This document shows, in pieces, positions 30,432 through 38,775 of a DNA stretch of 64,000 nucleotides. The notes under the pieces are model-generated. The model saw nothing but the letters and a program-made list of their open reading frames with translations, searched no databases and had not been told where the DNA came from. Origin of the DNA: a bacterium (GTDB taxonomy: Bacteria; Patescibacteriota; Minisyncoccia; Moranbacterales; GWC2-37-73); contig JBAXDL010000004.1 of the NCBI GenBank assembly GCA_037140955.1, forward strand, positions 15,268 through 79,267, read 5' to 3'. The stretch's first letter is position 1, and every line of letters starts with the position of its first letter. The translations under genes and the position numbers were made by a program.

Positions 30432-30460
30432 ATAATAGTATGGATATGTATTTTTGTCAA
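30432..30460 (-). promoter_or_regulatory. sigma70 promoter of the precursor/rSAM unit
   Basis: TTGACA-17 bp-TATTAT on the - strand. Confidence 0.65.
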
Positions 30461-30627
30461 ATATGTCATTATTTGAGTTAATACATTTTTAGTGATTCTT
30501 CCAAAAAAAATTGTTTTTAATGTATAATTCAATTATAATATATATAGATAGATGTAGAGCATTGACTTTTTTGCCAAACAGTGCTATTATTGGCTGTTTC
30601 GAGTATAATGAATATCTTTGATAAAAT

Positions 30628-31422
30628 ATGAATTCAGAAATTGAAAAGAAAGAAGTTATTGAGGGTGATTTTGACGTGGAAAGCATGTATACCACACTTT
30701 CTGAGGCAAAAGCTGAGGTTTGGAGAAGGTGGAATGACAAGGAGCTTCGAAAAAAGGTTGAAGAATATTTGGGTGAGATTCCTGATGTTTTTAAGGCTGA
30801 GCCGAGGGCTGTTCTTGCAAGACATGTAACAACTCCAAATTTAGAATTGGGATTATTTCTTGAGATGTCTAAAATGGCAGAATTAAAGCCTGTTAATCTT
30901 GAATACATTAAGGATAAATTTAGAATTAGTAATTTTGATAAGAGATATATCGCAAAAATGCCATTTGTTAAACGAAACGAATATGGTGGTGAGAAAGACG
31001 TGCGTTTTATGGATAGTATCTCCTTTGATGAGTTTGAAGGAGTATGTTTTGATAAAATTAGTACAATATGGGGGGAAAAATTTGTTTGTTTTCATCATAG
31101 ATTGCTCAACTGTGACGAGAAAGATATTGATATTTGTGATATTTCCGATTGGTATGAGTTAAAAGGTGGTTTTGCGCATAGTTATATGAAATATTTTATG
31201 AGCTTGTTTTTATGCAACGGAATTCTTTTTGAAAATTATTTAATAGGGACAACTGATGAAGAAAAATATTTTACGCAAAATGTGGTTTATAAGAATTTTA
31301 AAAAAATAGAAAATAAATTTGGAATTAAGCCTTTAATAGTACGTTTAATACCATCAAATGAAGAGCTAGATTTATATTGGTGGAGTTATTCTAATGACTT
31401 AGAAAAAAATATTTATGTGTAA
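30628..31422 (+). CDS. Soluble hypothetical protein coupled to the sensor kinase
   Basis: 264-aa ORF; promoter TTGACT-17-TATTAT at 30562-30590; overlaps the next start by 8 bp. Confidence 0.75.
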   Translation: MNSEIEKKEVIEGDFDVESMYTTLSEAKAEVWRRWNDKELRKKVEEYLGEIPDVFKAEPRAVLARHVTTPNLELGLFLEMSKMAELKPVNLEYIKDKFRISNFDKRYIAKMPFVKRNEYGGEKDVRFMDSISFDEFEGVCFDKISTIWGEKFVCFHHRLLNCDEKDIDICDISDWYELKGGFAHSYMKYFMSLFLCNGILFENYLIGTTDEEKYFTQNVVYKNFKKIENKFGIKPLIVRLIPSNEELDLYWWSYSNDLEKNIYV

Positions 31423-33112
31423 TTTTGAAATACCGTCCACATTGTTTTATTTTTATATTCCAGTTTTGATTGGTGCTTTTTTGCTTGCTTTTCTAATTTT
31501 TTTTTCAAATAAAAAATCACAATCAAATAGGGATTTATTTGTCTTTATTCTAACTCTCTGTTTTTGGATTTTTATAAGTTTATTTGAATATTTTCCTTTT
31601 GATAGTAGTGTTAATTTATTTGTTGCTAGATTATTAGTGTTAACATCGTTGGAATTATTGTTTTTCTTATTCTTTTCTTATTCTTTTGTTGGCAAACCAC
31701 TTGATATTAAAAAGAGAATTTTATTTTTTTTGCCATTTATTCCAATAATTTTTTTGCTGCCTACTGATCTAAATATAAAGATGGTTGATTATGCAAGTTG
31801 CCAAAATGAAAATGGATATCTTTATTGGTATGTTTATTTTATACTATTTATTTATCTTGGAATGGCTCTTAAGAATTTTTTTAAAAGTTATAATGCAGAA
31901 AAAAGCGATAGTATTCTAAAGAAACAAATACGAATAGTGTCATATTCTATTGGTTTTTTGGTTACATGGTTTGTAGTTCTTGTTGAGCTTGTTGATTATT
32001 ATTCTAGAGTTGGAAATTTTGTCTTGAGTAATGATGTTATACCTATGTTTATACCAGTTGGTATACTTATTTTCATTGGGTTTCTTTTTTATGCAATTAC
32101 AAAGTATCAGTTTCTTGAAATTAAAATGATTGCTGCTCAGATTTTAACCTATGCTGTTTGGATACTTATTGGTTCTCAGTACTTCTTTGCTGATTCGGTT
32201 TCTCAATATTTACTTATTGCATTGACATTGTTGCTTTCAATCATCTTTGGAATTTTCTTGATAAAATCGGTGAAGAATGAAATAGACAGAAAGGAAGAGT
32301 TGCAGATCATGGCGGATCGTTTGGCATCGGCCAATGATCAATTGCGCAAATTGGACAATGCCAAAACAGAGTTTATTTCCATTGCTTCTCATCAATTGCG
32401 CACACCGATCACTGCAATCAAGGGTTTTGCTTCTCTTTTGCTGGAAGGGTCATATGGTGAGATCAGTGAGAGTGTGCATGGGGCTTTGGACAAGATTTAT
32501 CTTTCATCGGAACGTTTGGTGAATTTGATTGAGGATTTGTTGAATGTCTCTCGCATTGAATCTGGTCGCATGGCTTTTGTTTTTGAAAAAGCTTCTGTGA
32601 CAAAATTGTTGCAAGAGTTGTATGACAATTTCATTTTGATTGCCAAAACAAAGAAGTTTTATTTGGATTTGAAAATGCCGGAGCAGCCTTTGCCTGAGAT
32701 TGTGATGGATTATTCCAAGATTCGCGAGTTGGTTTCGAATTTCATTGATAATGCGCTGAAATATACTGAAAAAGGTGGGGTGACAATTCGAGCTGAAATC
32801 AAAGATGAAGGTGTTGTGATTGATGAAAATGGCTTTGTGGTTGAAGGTCAAAAATCAGAGTTTGGCAAAATGATTCGCATCACTGTTTCTGACACTGGAA
32901 TTGGAATTCCACGCGAAGAAATTCCATATCTTTTCAAAAAGTTTTCACGTGGCAAAGACGTTTCACGCCTCCACGTTGGTGGCACAGGTCTTGGGCTCTA
33001 TGTGGGCAAGGCTATTGCCGAAAACCATCATGGCCAAGTTTGGATTGAATCTGAAGGTGCCGGCAAGGGTTCCAAATTCATCATTGAGGTGCCGATTGAG
33101 AGGGTTGGGTAG
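31415..33112 (+). CDS. Multi-TM (HisKA_7TM-like) sensor histidine kinase
   Basis: Long hydrophobic N-terminus, SHQLRTP, NALKY, DTGIG and GTGLGL motifs. Confidence 0.9.
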   Translation: MCNFEIPSTLFYFYIPVLIGAFLLAFLIFFSNKKSQSNRDLFVFILTLCFWIFISLFEYFPFDSSVNLFVARLLVLTSLELLFFLFFSYSFVGKPLDIKKRILFFLPFIPIIFLLPTDLNIKMVDYASCQNENGYLYWYVYFILFIYLGMALKNFFKSYNAEKSDSILKKQIRIVSYSIGFLVTWFVVLVELVDYYSRVGNFVLSNDVIPMFIPVGILIFIGFLFYAITKYQFLEIKMIAAQILTYAVWILIGSQYFFADSVSQYLLIALTLLLSIIFGIFLIKSVKNEIDRKEELQIMADRLASANDQLRKLDNAKTEFISIASHQLRTPITAIKGFASLLLEGSYGEISESVHGALDKIYLSSERLVNLIEDLLNVSRIESGRMAFVFEKASVTKLLQELYDNFILIAKTKKFYLDLKMPEQPLPEIVMDYSKIRELVSNFIDNALKYTEKGGVTIRAEIKDEGVVIDENGFVVEGQKSEFGKMIRITVSDTGIGIPREEIPYLFKKFSRGKDVSRLHVGGTGLGLYVGKAIAENHHGQVWIESEGAGKGSKFIIEVPIERVG

Positions 33113-33119
33113 GGATGTT
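32936..33119 (+). repeat. 184-bp direct repeat, copy 1 (kinase 3' end)
   Basis: Matches 35926-36109 with 2 mismatches. Confidence 0.95.
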
Positions 33120-33209
33120 TTATGTTGACATAGTATAATTTTTTATGTTATATATTATTAAGGGTATTGAAGTAATTGTTCCTTAAATTAAGCAAAAAAG
33201 GAGTGTGCC

Positions 33210-34000
33210 ATGACTGACCTATCTTTGTATTTATTTGCACAGAAAGAAAGAATAAAAACATTATATGCATATAGAAATAGGAGTTGGAGAAAGCTTCCTA
33301 TACTGGAAAATGGTGAAAAGCTTGTAATTATTCCATTTGAAATGTGTCATCCTTTTTATTATTTGGATATGAAAATTTCAAATAGTAAAGATATTTTTAT
33401 AAGAGAGGATGTTTTTTCTCGATTTCTTGTTGCAAAAAAGATCGCGTCATCCTATGGTTTTGATTTAATTGTATTTGATGGTTGGAGATCCATTGAATTG
33501 CAGGAGAGTTTATTTTGGTATTATCTTAAAAAGTTTATAGTAGAAAAATTTAACATGAAAGATGTTTTTTCATGCGCAGATGATGTTTCTGATATAAAAA
33601 GAATATTTCTTTCTTTGCCAGAAAATAATCAAGTTTTAATGATGGAGGCAAATCGTTCTTATGTTAGTTGGCCATCAAGTGATCCATTTTGTCCAAGTCC
33701 TCATGCGACAGGTGGCTCTATTGATGTTTGGCTTTATCGCGATAATGTCCCAGTTAATCTTGGTGTTCCATTTATTGGATGGAAAAAGATGCTGGAGCAT
33801 TTTATCATCTAAAGATAAAAAGGGAGCCATTTCTTGTAAATGATAAGAATATTTCAAGAAATAGAAATATTCTTATTTATTCAATTGTAAAAGCTGGATT
33901 TTCATGCTATGGTCCGGAGTTATGGCATTTTAATTTTGGTAATCAGATGGACACGCTTGTTAGTGGTAAAATCGCTAGATACTCATATATTGAACCTTGA
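33210..34000 (+). pseudogene. VanX/DdpX-like D-Ala-D-Ala dipeptidase, frameshifted
   Basis: FDGWRS and SPHATGGSID in ORF1, ELWHF in ORF2; adding 1 nt after 33773 joins them as GVPF-D-WMEK. Confidence 0.8.
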
Positions 34001-34063
34001 TATAACATTAGGGCCTGTAGTAAATGCAGGCTCTATTTATTTAATATATTAATTTATGAAAAA

Positions 34064-35134
34064 ATGAAAAAAACAACAGTTGTAATTTTTTTTGGTGGAA
34101 AGTCTACAGAACACGAGGTTTCTATTCGAAGTGCTAGAATGGTTTTTAACTCTCTTGATAGGAAAAAATATGATATATTAGCTGTAGCAATAAACAAGAA
34201 AGGTATTTTTTTGTCTCCAGGACAGTCAATTGATGTTATAAAGAATGATGTTTGGCCACTTGATAAAAATATCGAAAAAGTATCAATATCTCAAAGTGAG
34301 GCATGCATTGTTTTCGAAGATAGAAAAATATTTTTTGATGTTGCCTTTCCTGTTATGCATGGCCCATTTGGTGAGGATGGAACAATGCAGGGACTACTCA
34401 AGTTAACAGCGGTTCCTTTTGTTGGTCCTGGTGTGCTTGGGTCTGCCATTGGGATGGATAAAGATGTTTCAAAGCGTCTTTTGCGTGATGCTGGAATCCC
34501 AATTGGATTATTCTTATCATTTAATAAATGTGAAATTAATTCAATATCATTTGATCTTTGTAAAAAGAAACTTGGACTCCCTTTATTTATAAAGCCAGCA
34601 AATCTTGGATCATCAGTCGGAGTTTTTAAGGTTCATAATAATGTTGAATTTGATATAGCTATAAAGAAGGCTTTCTTGTTTGATTCTAAAATACTTATAG
34701 AGCAGTATATAAAAGGAAGAGAGATTGAATGTGCCGTTATTGGTAATGAAGAATTGCAAGTATCTATTCCTGGAGAAATAGTGCCAACGCATGAGTTTTA
34801 CTCTTATGATGCGAAATATGTTGATGAGAATGGTGCAATTTTAAATATTCCAGCAAATATTCCAGCTTCAGTTGTTAGGAAGATTCAAATTATATCAGAA
34901 AAAACATATAAGGTTCTTTGTTGCGATGGAATGGCTAGGGTTGATTTTTTTCTCACATCGAAAAATGAATTATATGTTAATGAAATAAATACTATTCCAG
35001 GATTTACTTCTGTTAGCATGTTTCCTAAATTGTGGGAGGCTAGTGGTATTTCAAATCAAAAATTAGTAGATATTTTAGTGCAACTTGCTATGGATAGATT
35101 TAAAAATGAAAATAAATTAAAACTAACAATGTGA
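34064..35134 (+). CDS. ddl: D-alanine--D-alanine ligase (DdlA-like)
   Basis: GGKSTEHEVS, HGPFGEDG, GSSVG, YDAKY and NEINTIPG motifs. Confidence 0.92.
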   Translation: MKKTTVVIFFGGKSTEHEVSIRSARMVFNSLDRKKYDILAVAINKKGIFLSPGQSIDVIKNDVWPLDKNIEKVSISQSEACIVFEDRKIFFDVAFPVMHGPFGEDGTMQGLLKLTAVPFVGPGVLGSAIGMDKDVSKRLLRDAGIPIGLFLSFNKCEINSISFDLCKKKLGLPLFIKPANLGSSVGVFKVHNNVEFDIAIKKAFLFDSKILIEQYIKGREIECAVIGNEELQVSIPGEIVPTHEFYSYDAKYVDENGAILNIPANIPASVVRKIQIISEKTYKVLCCDGMARVDFFLTSKNELYVNEINTIPGFTSVSMFPKLWEASGISNQKLVDILVQLAMDRFKNENKLKLTM

Positions 35135-35140
35135 TTTTTT

Positions 35141-35920
35141 ATGGAAAATTTTTTTAAAAACATGGCATATGTTGATAGTCATGGAGAATCTGTTGATTTT
35201 GAGAAAAAAAGATTTAAATTTTGGCTAGAAAATGTTCCAAAGAAAATAAGAAGAATGGAGTATGAATTATCAGTTCTTTATAGGAGATTACTTAATGCTA
35301 ATTTGTATAAATTTGATAATAAAGAGAAGCACGGTAGATTCTTAGTATTGCCAGCTTTTAATGAGGAGGCCGAAAAATTAATGTGGGATCAGTTTGTTGG
35401 GAGTTTTTTACGGGGAAAAGATCGTATTATTGCATTTGATTCTATTGCGAATAAAGTAAGAGAAAATATTTCCGTGATAATGTCAGAAGCTGACATGTCC
35501 ATTGTTGATGAAAAAATAAAAATAATTGCAATTGGTGGATCCTCTTTTTATGGTCCGCGTAAGTTAGGTGAGAGGTTATCAGATATTGATATTCATATAT
35601 TACTAGATGATGATACTGATTTTTCTAATTTTGAAATTTTCCCTAAAACTAAAGAATCAGAAATTATAAATCCATATCATATAATTGGCACTGGAAAAAC
35701 AGATCAATCTCGTGGAAAAAATAGGCAAATTCACTGGTTGTTATATCCACATTTTCCAGTTTTAAATAAAATGAATAGTGATGAATTGAGCAGTGTTATT
35801 GCTGATCTTTCAAATAGTACAATAAAGAGAGAAGGTGAAATTATTAATACAATAGATAAGATGAGGAAGAGACTAGATGAATTAAGGCTTTTAGATATAA
35901 GAGAGAATCATTCATATTGA
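35141..35920 (+). CDS. Putative pol-beta-type nucleotidyltransferase
   Basis: IAIGGSSFYG...SDIDIHIL matches the GS-x(n)-DxD signature. Confidence 0.55.
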   Translation: MENFFKNMAYVDSHGESVDFEKKRFKFWLENVPKKIRRMEYELSVLYRRLLNANLYKFDNKEKHGRFLVLPAFNEEAEKLMWDQFVGSFLRGKDRIIAFDSIANKVRENISVIMSEADMSIVDEKIKIIAIGGSSFYGPRKLGERLSDIDIHILLDDDTDFSNFEIFPKTKESEIINPYHIIGTGKTDQSRGKNRQIHWLLYPHFPVLNKMNSDELSSVIADLSNSTIKREGEIINTIDKMRKRLDELRLLDIRENHSY

Positions 35921-35925
35921 TAATT

Positions 35926-36109
35926 AAAAAGTTTTCACGCGGCAAAGACGTCTCACGCCTCCACGTTGGTGGCACAGGTCTTGGGCTCTATGTGGGCAAG
36001 GCTATTGCCGAAAACCATCATGGCCAAGTTTGGATTGAATCTGAAGGTGCCGGCAAGGGTTCCAAATTCATCATTGAGGTGCCGATTGAGAGGGTTGGGT
36101 AGGGATGTT
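35926..36109 (+). repeat. 184-bp direct repeat, copy 2 (kinase C-terminal remnant)
   Basis: Encodes KKFSRG...IERVG*, identical in protein to the kinase C-terminus. Confidence 0.95.
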
Positions 36110-36206
36110 GACAAAAACATCCTACAATGGTATTTTCTTCTCACATAGCTCTTTAACAAAAAGGGCCAAATATTGAATGATACTAACTTTTAAAGGGGGT
36201 AATATT

Positions 36207-36482
36207 ATGTTTGGATTTAAAAAGTCAAAAACCTATTGTTTTCATATTTCAAATTTCGATGAGATTTATGAAAATGATATAGAATTTTCTCAAAAAATTG
36301 ATGATAGTGGTTTGCCTTTGAATGCTTTTCCTGCACATCTTAATACAGAAAAAGGAGTATTTTGTGTTTGCATTTATTACAAAAAAGATCCATTGCTTGA
36401 AAATCCTGATTTTTCAGTTGAAAAAATGACAAAAATTTTGCAAGAATTGGGTTGCAATGTAACGTCAGTAGATGAAGAATAA
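36207..36482 (+). CDS. Small hypothetical protein, tandem copy 1
   Basis: GGGGGT SD before ATG 36207; paralog 326 bp downstream. Confidence 0.75.
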   Translation: MFGFKKSKTYCFHISNFDEIYENDIEFSQKIDDSGLPLNAFPAHLNTEKGVFCVCIYYKKDPLLENPDFSVEKMTKILQELGCNVTSVDEE

Positions 36483-36532
36483 TCTAAAAACAAGGGAATT
36501 GAATGATACTAACTTTTAAAGGGGGTAATATT

Positions 36533-36808
36533 ATGTTTGGATTCAAAAAGTCAAAAACCTACTGTTTTCATATTTCAAATTTCGATGAGATTGAAAAAAA
36601 TGATATTGAAATTTATGAAAAGCTGGAACATGGTGCTTTGGAGCATTATTGTTTTACTGCAAAATTGGATTCTTCAAAAAAAGTTTTTTGTGTCTATGTG
36701 AATTATGAAAAAGATTTATTTTTGGAAAATCCAAATTTTTCACTTGAAAAAATGACAAATTTCATTAAAAGTACGGGGCTTATCATTCTTTCAGTAGACG
36801 AAGAATAA
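36533..36808 (+). CDS. Small hypothetical protein, tandem copy 2
   Basis: First 20 aa identical to copy 1; about 53/91 identical overall by hand alignment. Confidence 0.75.
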   Translation: MFGFKKSKTYCFHISNFDEIEKNDIEIYEKLEHGALEHYCFTAKLDSSKKVFCVYVNYEKDLFLENPNFSLEKMTNFIKSTGLIILSVDEE

Positions 36809-36835
36809 TCTCAAAACAAAAAAAGGAGGTGTAAG

Positions 36836-37774
36836 ATGGAAAACGTTATCGGCAGAAGGGATTTTTTGAAATTTGGAACAGCGATGGCAGCAGGACTTTC
36901 AATGGGAATGATTCCAGCGGGTTGCGCTGAAAATGCAAGATCAGATGATGCGGAAAGTTTTTCTCCAATCAAATATTCTTTCTTGATTGATGAAAACAAT
37001 TTTTCAAAAATAAATTCAGAAACTCAAATTGTTGAAAGCCTCACGCCTATCGCTGCTTATGGTTTAGATATAAAAGAACTCCATAGGCCAATAATGTTTG
37101 ATTCGTCTCTTATTGAAAAAGCCTCACAAGAAAAAGAGGCTTTGCTGTGCACTGACTCAGAAAAAACACTCGCATCAATTGTTCCTGTGGATTCGACTTT
37201 GTCTTTGGCTTTGGGTGTACAGGCAAATGGATTTTCCGAAATGATTGATGTGGCTGCTGATTCAATTTCTTCCATCTTGCAATATGGAAAACTTGATCTT
37301 GGTATGGATTTTTTTCATCAAGATTTGTTTTTGGGAAAAGCACTTGCTAAGCAGGGATTCAATACATTGGAAAAAGTTGAATATCATACAGATCTTTTTG
37401 GTTGGTTTTTTCAGGTTAGAGGTCCAGATTTTGATCCACTTGGATCCTGTGATCGCAGAAAGATTTCACATGTGCATCTTGAAATTGGTAAGAAGGATTA
37501 CAGGGGAAAGGTTAATAAAATAGCCAATTTTCATCTCGGAGCATATAAGGATGGAAAAAAGCGTTGTTTTGTGCTTTGGAATAATATTAGGCCACATAAC
37601 ATTTGCTGGAAATCATGCAATGCAAACAAAAAAACACTAACTGAGATGATGAAGTGGGTTATTATTTCAGTTGCTGCTGCACTTGGTATCTATCTCTCTG
37701 CTTTTATTATTGCAGCAATAGCAGAAGCTTTGGGTGTTGCATTGATTCCTGTTTTGGCTGCTTTGGCAATTTGA
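36836..37774 (+). CDS. Twin-arginine-signal putative lipoprotein with a hydrophobic C-terminus
   Basis: GRRDFLK, lipobox-like PAGC, four Cys in the C-terminal third, hydrophobic tail; AGGAGGT SD. Confidence 0.7.
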   Translation: MENVIGRRDFLKFGTAMAAGLSMGMIPAGCAENARSDDAESFSPIKYSFLIDENNFSKINSETQIVESLTPIAAYGLDIKELHRPIMFDSSLIEKASQEKEALLCTDSEKTLASIVPVDSTLSLALGVQANGFSEMIDVAADSISSILQYGKLDLGMDFFHQDLFLGKALAKQGFNTLEKVEYHTDLFGWFFQVRGPDFDPLGSCDRRKISHVHLEIGKKDYRGKVNKIANFHLGAYKDGKKRCFVLWNNIRPHNICWKSCNANKKTLTEMMKWVIISVAAALGIYLSAFIIAAIAEALGVALIPVLAALAI

Positions 37775-37792
37775 AAAACCTTTTAACCTAAT

Positions 37793-37828
37793 AAACCGAT
37801 CTTGATAAATAATCAAGGTCGGTTTTTT
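37793..37828 (+). terminator. Intrinsic terminator
   Basis: AAACCGATCTTGAT / ATCAAGGTCGGTTT followed by a T run. Confidence 0.75.
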
Positions 37829-37919
37829 CTTTTTAATATTTTTTTATTTGATTCTGTTTAGCAGTAATTGATTGTTTAAAATGCTTGCCTTTATATGCAT
37901 TTTATGTTAAAAATAAAGC

Positions 37920-38312
37920 ATGGATAATGATATTTTGGAGAAAATCAAGAATGTTTTTGAAAGAAGACAAGAAATAAAATTGGCTTATTTTTTTGGTTCT
38001 CAGGTGACTGGAAATGCTGGCCCTCTTAGTGACTTTGATTTTGCTTTTTATGTTGATGGGGTGGATAAAAAAGAGGCATTTGAAATCAAACTTTTTTTGG
38101 CTAACGAGATAGGAAAAATTCTCAAAACTGACAAGATTGATGTTGTTTGTTTGAATTCAGTTGATAACTTGGAATTAAAGTATGCCATCATTAGAGATGG
38201 GAAACTCTTGGTTGAGCAACAACCATACAAGTTGATTGTTGAGCCCAGGATCTTGAATGAATATTTCGATTTTCATAGCATGCTTGAGAGATATAATTTG
38301 ACTAACGGTTGA
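37920..38312 (+). CDS. MNT (MntA-like) adenylyltransferase antitoxin
   Basis: FFGSQVTG...SDFDFA and KIDVV motifs. Confidence 0.88.
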   Translation: MDNDILEKIKNVFERRQEIKLAYFFGSQVTGNAGPLSDFDFAFYVDGVDKKEAFEIKLFLANEIGKILKTDKIDVVCLNSVDNLELKYAIIRDGKLLVEQQPYKLIVEPRILNEYFDFHSMLERYNLTNG

Positions 38313-38316
38313 ACAT

Positions 38317-38730
38317 ATGACAAATATTACAATAATAGAGAATAAAATTAGTTCCATTGAAAAGTATCTCAAAATTCTTGGTGGATATAAAAAATATTCT
38401 AAAAAAGAAATAGAGGAAAGTATTGATTTGAAGGGTGCTGTTGAGAGATATTTGTATTTGGTTATTCAATCAACGATTGAACTTTCTGAATCAGTGATTG
38501 CTTTTAATGGTTTTCGTAAGCCATCAACAATGTCTGAATCTTTTTATATCTTGCAGGAAAATAATATTATTTCCAATGAACTTTGTGAAAAAATGGTGCG
38601 CATGACGGGCTTTCGCAATATTGTGTCGCATGATTATGAAAAACTGGACTATGAAATTGTCTATGATGTTTTGCAAAGCAGATTGGTTGATATAGAAGAA
38701 TTTGTTAAGATTGTTTTTGTGGGTAAATAG
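38317..38730 (+). CDS. HEPN (DUF86/HepT) RNase toxin
   Basis: RNIVSHDY (Rx4HxY); paired with MNT. Confidence 0.9.
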   Translation: MTNITIIENKISSIEKYLKILGGYKKYSKKEIEESIDLKGAVERYLYLVIQSTIELSESVIAFNGFRKPSTMSESFYILQENNIISNELCEKMVRMTGFRNIVSHDYEKLDYEIVYDVLQSRLVDIEEFVKIVFVGK

Positions 38731-38775
38731 TTTTTCGAAAGACTTTTGTGATAATTAGCAAATAGTATTAAAAAT

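Noticed and set aside
33765-33790. Programmed frameshift in vanX
   Set aside because: There is no X-XXY-YYZ slippery heptamer at the inferred junction; a single deleted base explains it.
33210-35134. Bona fide vancomycin resistance operon
   Set aside because: No vanH, vanT or vanR is present, the ligase motifs are D-Ala-D-Ala-like, and vanX is frameshifted.
35917-36102. 61-aa ORF as an independent gene
   Set aside because: It is the duplicated kinase C-terminus, with a TTG start and no RBS.
36172-36808. Diversity-generating retroelement or CRISPR array
   Set aside because: No reverse transcriptase or cas gene is in the window, the differences are not adenine-specific, and there are only two gene-length units.
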